A stretch of 64,000 bases of DNA, from contig NIVC01002264.1 of NCBI GenBank assembly GCA_002269645.1, positions 78,278 through 142,277 of the forward strand. The letters run 5' to 3'. The DNA comes from Macrostomum lignano. Its lineage: Eukaryota. Below, in pieces: positions 50,292 through 64,000 of this stretch. Positions within the stretch are counted from its first letter, which is position 1, and each line of letters begins with the position of its first letter. Made by a program: the position numbers and the translations under genes. Below the pieces are notes generated by a model. It was given only the letters and a program-made list of their open reading frames with translations. It was not told where the DNA came from and searched no databases.

Positions 50292-52883
50292 GGCTGTTTT
50301 ATAGTGGCAACAACCTCAAACTATACTTTTATTTTGAGAGGTTGCTTTTAATTAATTGAGATTTTTCTTCAGTTACAAACTCTGCAATTGCAATAGATAA
50401 GACTGTGAAAAAGTCTAAATTAAAATTTAAAACATATACTCAGCATTCTAAATTTTGAAAGAATATAAATAGTATATAATAGCAAAAGAAATATAATATA
50501 TATATTATATATTATATATAATCATTTTATATGGACTATATAACAAACTGTTTAAATATCATTCTAAATGACAAAATAGAAAATGACAATGCTTATTAAT
50601 ATGGGCAGTATAGCTAATACATACAAAATAAATTAGCTTTATTTATTCCTAATAGAAACAATATAGGGCAAACTTTATTAGTGCTATTTAGTAAAACAAT
50701 GACTAGATGACAAATACTTCTACCTAATATTGTTTACTATCTATATAGACAATAAATAAATATTATTATCATTAATATAGTGACAGTAAATGCAATAATA
50801 TCAAGAAAGTGAAAGTACCAACTAGAAAAAATATTTTGCCCATTTTTTTATTTTAATTTTCTATTTTTTGCATTGAATAAACAAAATAATAAGTTTAAAC
50901 AAAGTTAAATTTAAAGATTTGAGAATAAAAATTAAAATTTCAGAGCTTTTAGAATCGAATAAATGGTAGAAGTCAAGAACTAGGATAGAAAAATAAAAAG
51001 TTTAAATGAAATCAAAGTGGTAGTTCATATGTCTAGATCTATTATACATTGAACCTCATAGTCATTAACTCAATCCATGAAGAAATATAGCAAAAATATA
51101 GAATCTGGATTTTTGGCAAAAAAACTTAATCAGGATATTAATAAGATCACAAGGGGTTCTAAATCATCAAATTGAAACGAATGAATATATTTTGTATTCA
51201 ATTTTTCATTTAATATGTGAAACTATATGTTGTGTACAACAAAAAAGAAAGCTTTAATCAAATTATAATCTCAAACCAGAACCGAAAATATATATTTAGA
51301 CATTGGGAAGTAATAATGGATCATATTTAATTTAATTTTATCTAGAACCATGACAGGCTAAAAAATAAAAATTTCCAATATCTAAATTGATAGATTTGGA
51401 CTTCCACTTCATATCCATCAAACCAAATACTTTTGTGTAGTATATATGTGTCTGGACTCGTAGATCGTAATTAGAGTAAGTAAGTAGGAGTAATTAGAGT
51501 AAATTGTATTTTTCTGGCATTCTTGCATTAGCCTTTAAGGCTTTAATAATGAGGCTTTGAAGTCGTAGAAAAGATCTATCTATAATTAGGTTATCTAAGA
51601 AAGGTTTGACTTTGAACTTATACTATTATTAATACCAATTTCTTTAAAAAGTGAAGTCTAGAGATTGTAACGTTTAATTATACTTTAAAATTACACTATC
51701 AAACTATAAAATTAGTATAGTCTCTGCTACTTTTATTGCAAAAAAGTATCTTTTGTTTTATCAGAAACACATGCTTATATTTAAACGGGAACAAAAAACT
51801 GCGATAACTAAAATATTCTACCACGATAATTTTTAAAAAGTCAAGAAAGTCATTCTGCTTCTTAAACCCAATTGAAACCTAAATTTGACTGGCTTGACTG
51901 ATTGACTGGCTTGTCAATTGAAACCTAAATGTTTCGGTTTTGAACTTCATACTTGGTCTCGCTCCCTCAGTTCGCGAAGGTTGCAATTTTAAAGTTCCAG
52001 TTGGGTAGAAGTATGTGCTCCTATAAATTACAGGCTAATGGACAACTTTTTGTGAATTCATAGATTTTTTAATAACTGAGTCGTAAAAAATGTCTTTTAT
52101 TAAATTTGGATGTCTGATTGATTATAAGTTTTTTTATTTTGAACCTAAAATTTCAAGTGTTTAAAGGCTATGCATTTTTATTGTCAAATGCAGCTTTTTA
52201 TGACAAACAATTTGAGTAAGTTAGGGCATTTCATAAGAAACACATTTTTACTAATAATGACCAAGCCTGAATTATTGAGACATGCAATTATTTTTATTTG
52301 TAACAACTTGTTTTGCATATATTGCTGAGGAAACAAACATTTTATTAATATTTCATTTTACAAAAAATTAGTCATATTTTCGTGGGTTATACAATAAGGT
52401 TTTACAAAGGTTTTGTAAAGGTTTTACAAAATTTGTATAAGAAAATTATTTTAATACATAACAATTAATTATTTAAAACTTCTAAATTATAGTATCAGAG
52501 AAAGTCTCTTAACATTTTTTTGTTTTAAAAAGGTACTTAGAAGTCAATTATTATTGTAGAATCTTGGAGATAAATGGCATTAGTTTTTTACCATGAAAGC
52601 CAATGGGTTAATCCTTTTAAAGGCAACTGAAAAATCTGAATAATTTTCATTCTAGATTTTTTGTTTGTAATAAATAGTGAAATGCATATATAAATAAACC
52701 TTTTTTCACCAATTAAAATGCCTAAACTTGGCCTCAATTTGCAGACGCAAGCTGCCATGCACTCAATGCTGGCAAACAAGAGAATGGGTCACTAGCAGTG
52801 GAATTTTTGCTCCTTGGCTTTGGCTAGGCAGTGACAAAATCGTTTAAAAAAGTAATCAAGCTTAGAAAAACCGACAGTCTGTC

Positions 52884-63795
<10,912 letters not shown>

Positions 63796-64000
63796 GTAAG
63801 CTTTACATAATGAGGCTTGGTAACCTACCTAGCTAGACACTATTTAGCCTGGCGCTAACATGCTTGGTAACCTACCTAGACACTTGATAGTCTATACTAG
63901 CATGCTTGGTGACTTACCTAGACTACTAAATCGTTTGGGTTAACATGTTCGGTAACCTACGTCAACTAGAGTCTCGTTATCATAGCTCAAAGTACTTCTT

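Overview
Animal (eukaryotic) genomic DNA. It has GC-rich spliced exons in AT-rich spacers, and most large introns hold their own minisatellite. This organisation, plus splice acceptors right next to start codons, suggests a flatworm such as Macrostomum (inference). Genes reconstructed by hand: on the minus strand USP48 (6 exons), NSRP1 (2), TRMT10C/MRPP1-like (3, no genomic ATG), a calmodulin-like gene (2) and Rab43 (2); on the plus strand ERC1/ELKS/Bruchpilot (at least 10 exons, running off the window end). There is also a convergent pair of disabled genes for a secreted protein. Mobile DNA: a Tc1/IS630-like deletion derivative, a fold-back Penelope-like insertion carrying two minimal hammerhead motifs, two head-to-tail non-autonomous Helitrons, three MITEs with 8-bp TSDs, and tRNA-derived SINEs. 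Top leads: (1) TRMT10C may take its start codon from the spliced leader, inside a possible TRMT10C-NSRP1-USP48 operon; (2) the twin-hammerhead Penelope hairpin; (3) transposons acting as sources and carriers of the minisatellites. No CRISPR array or bacterial system is present.
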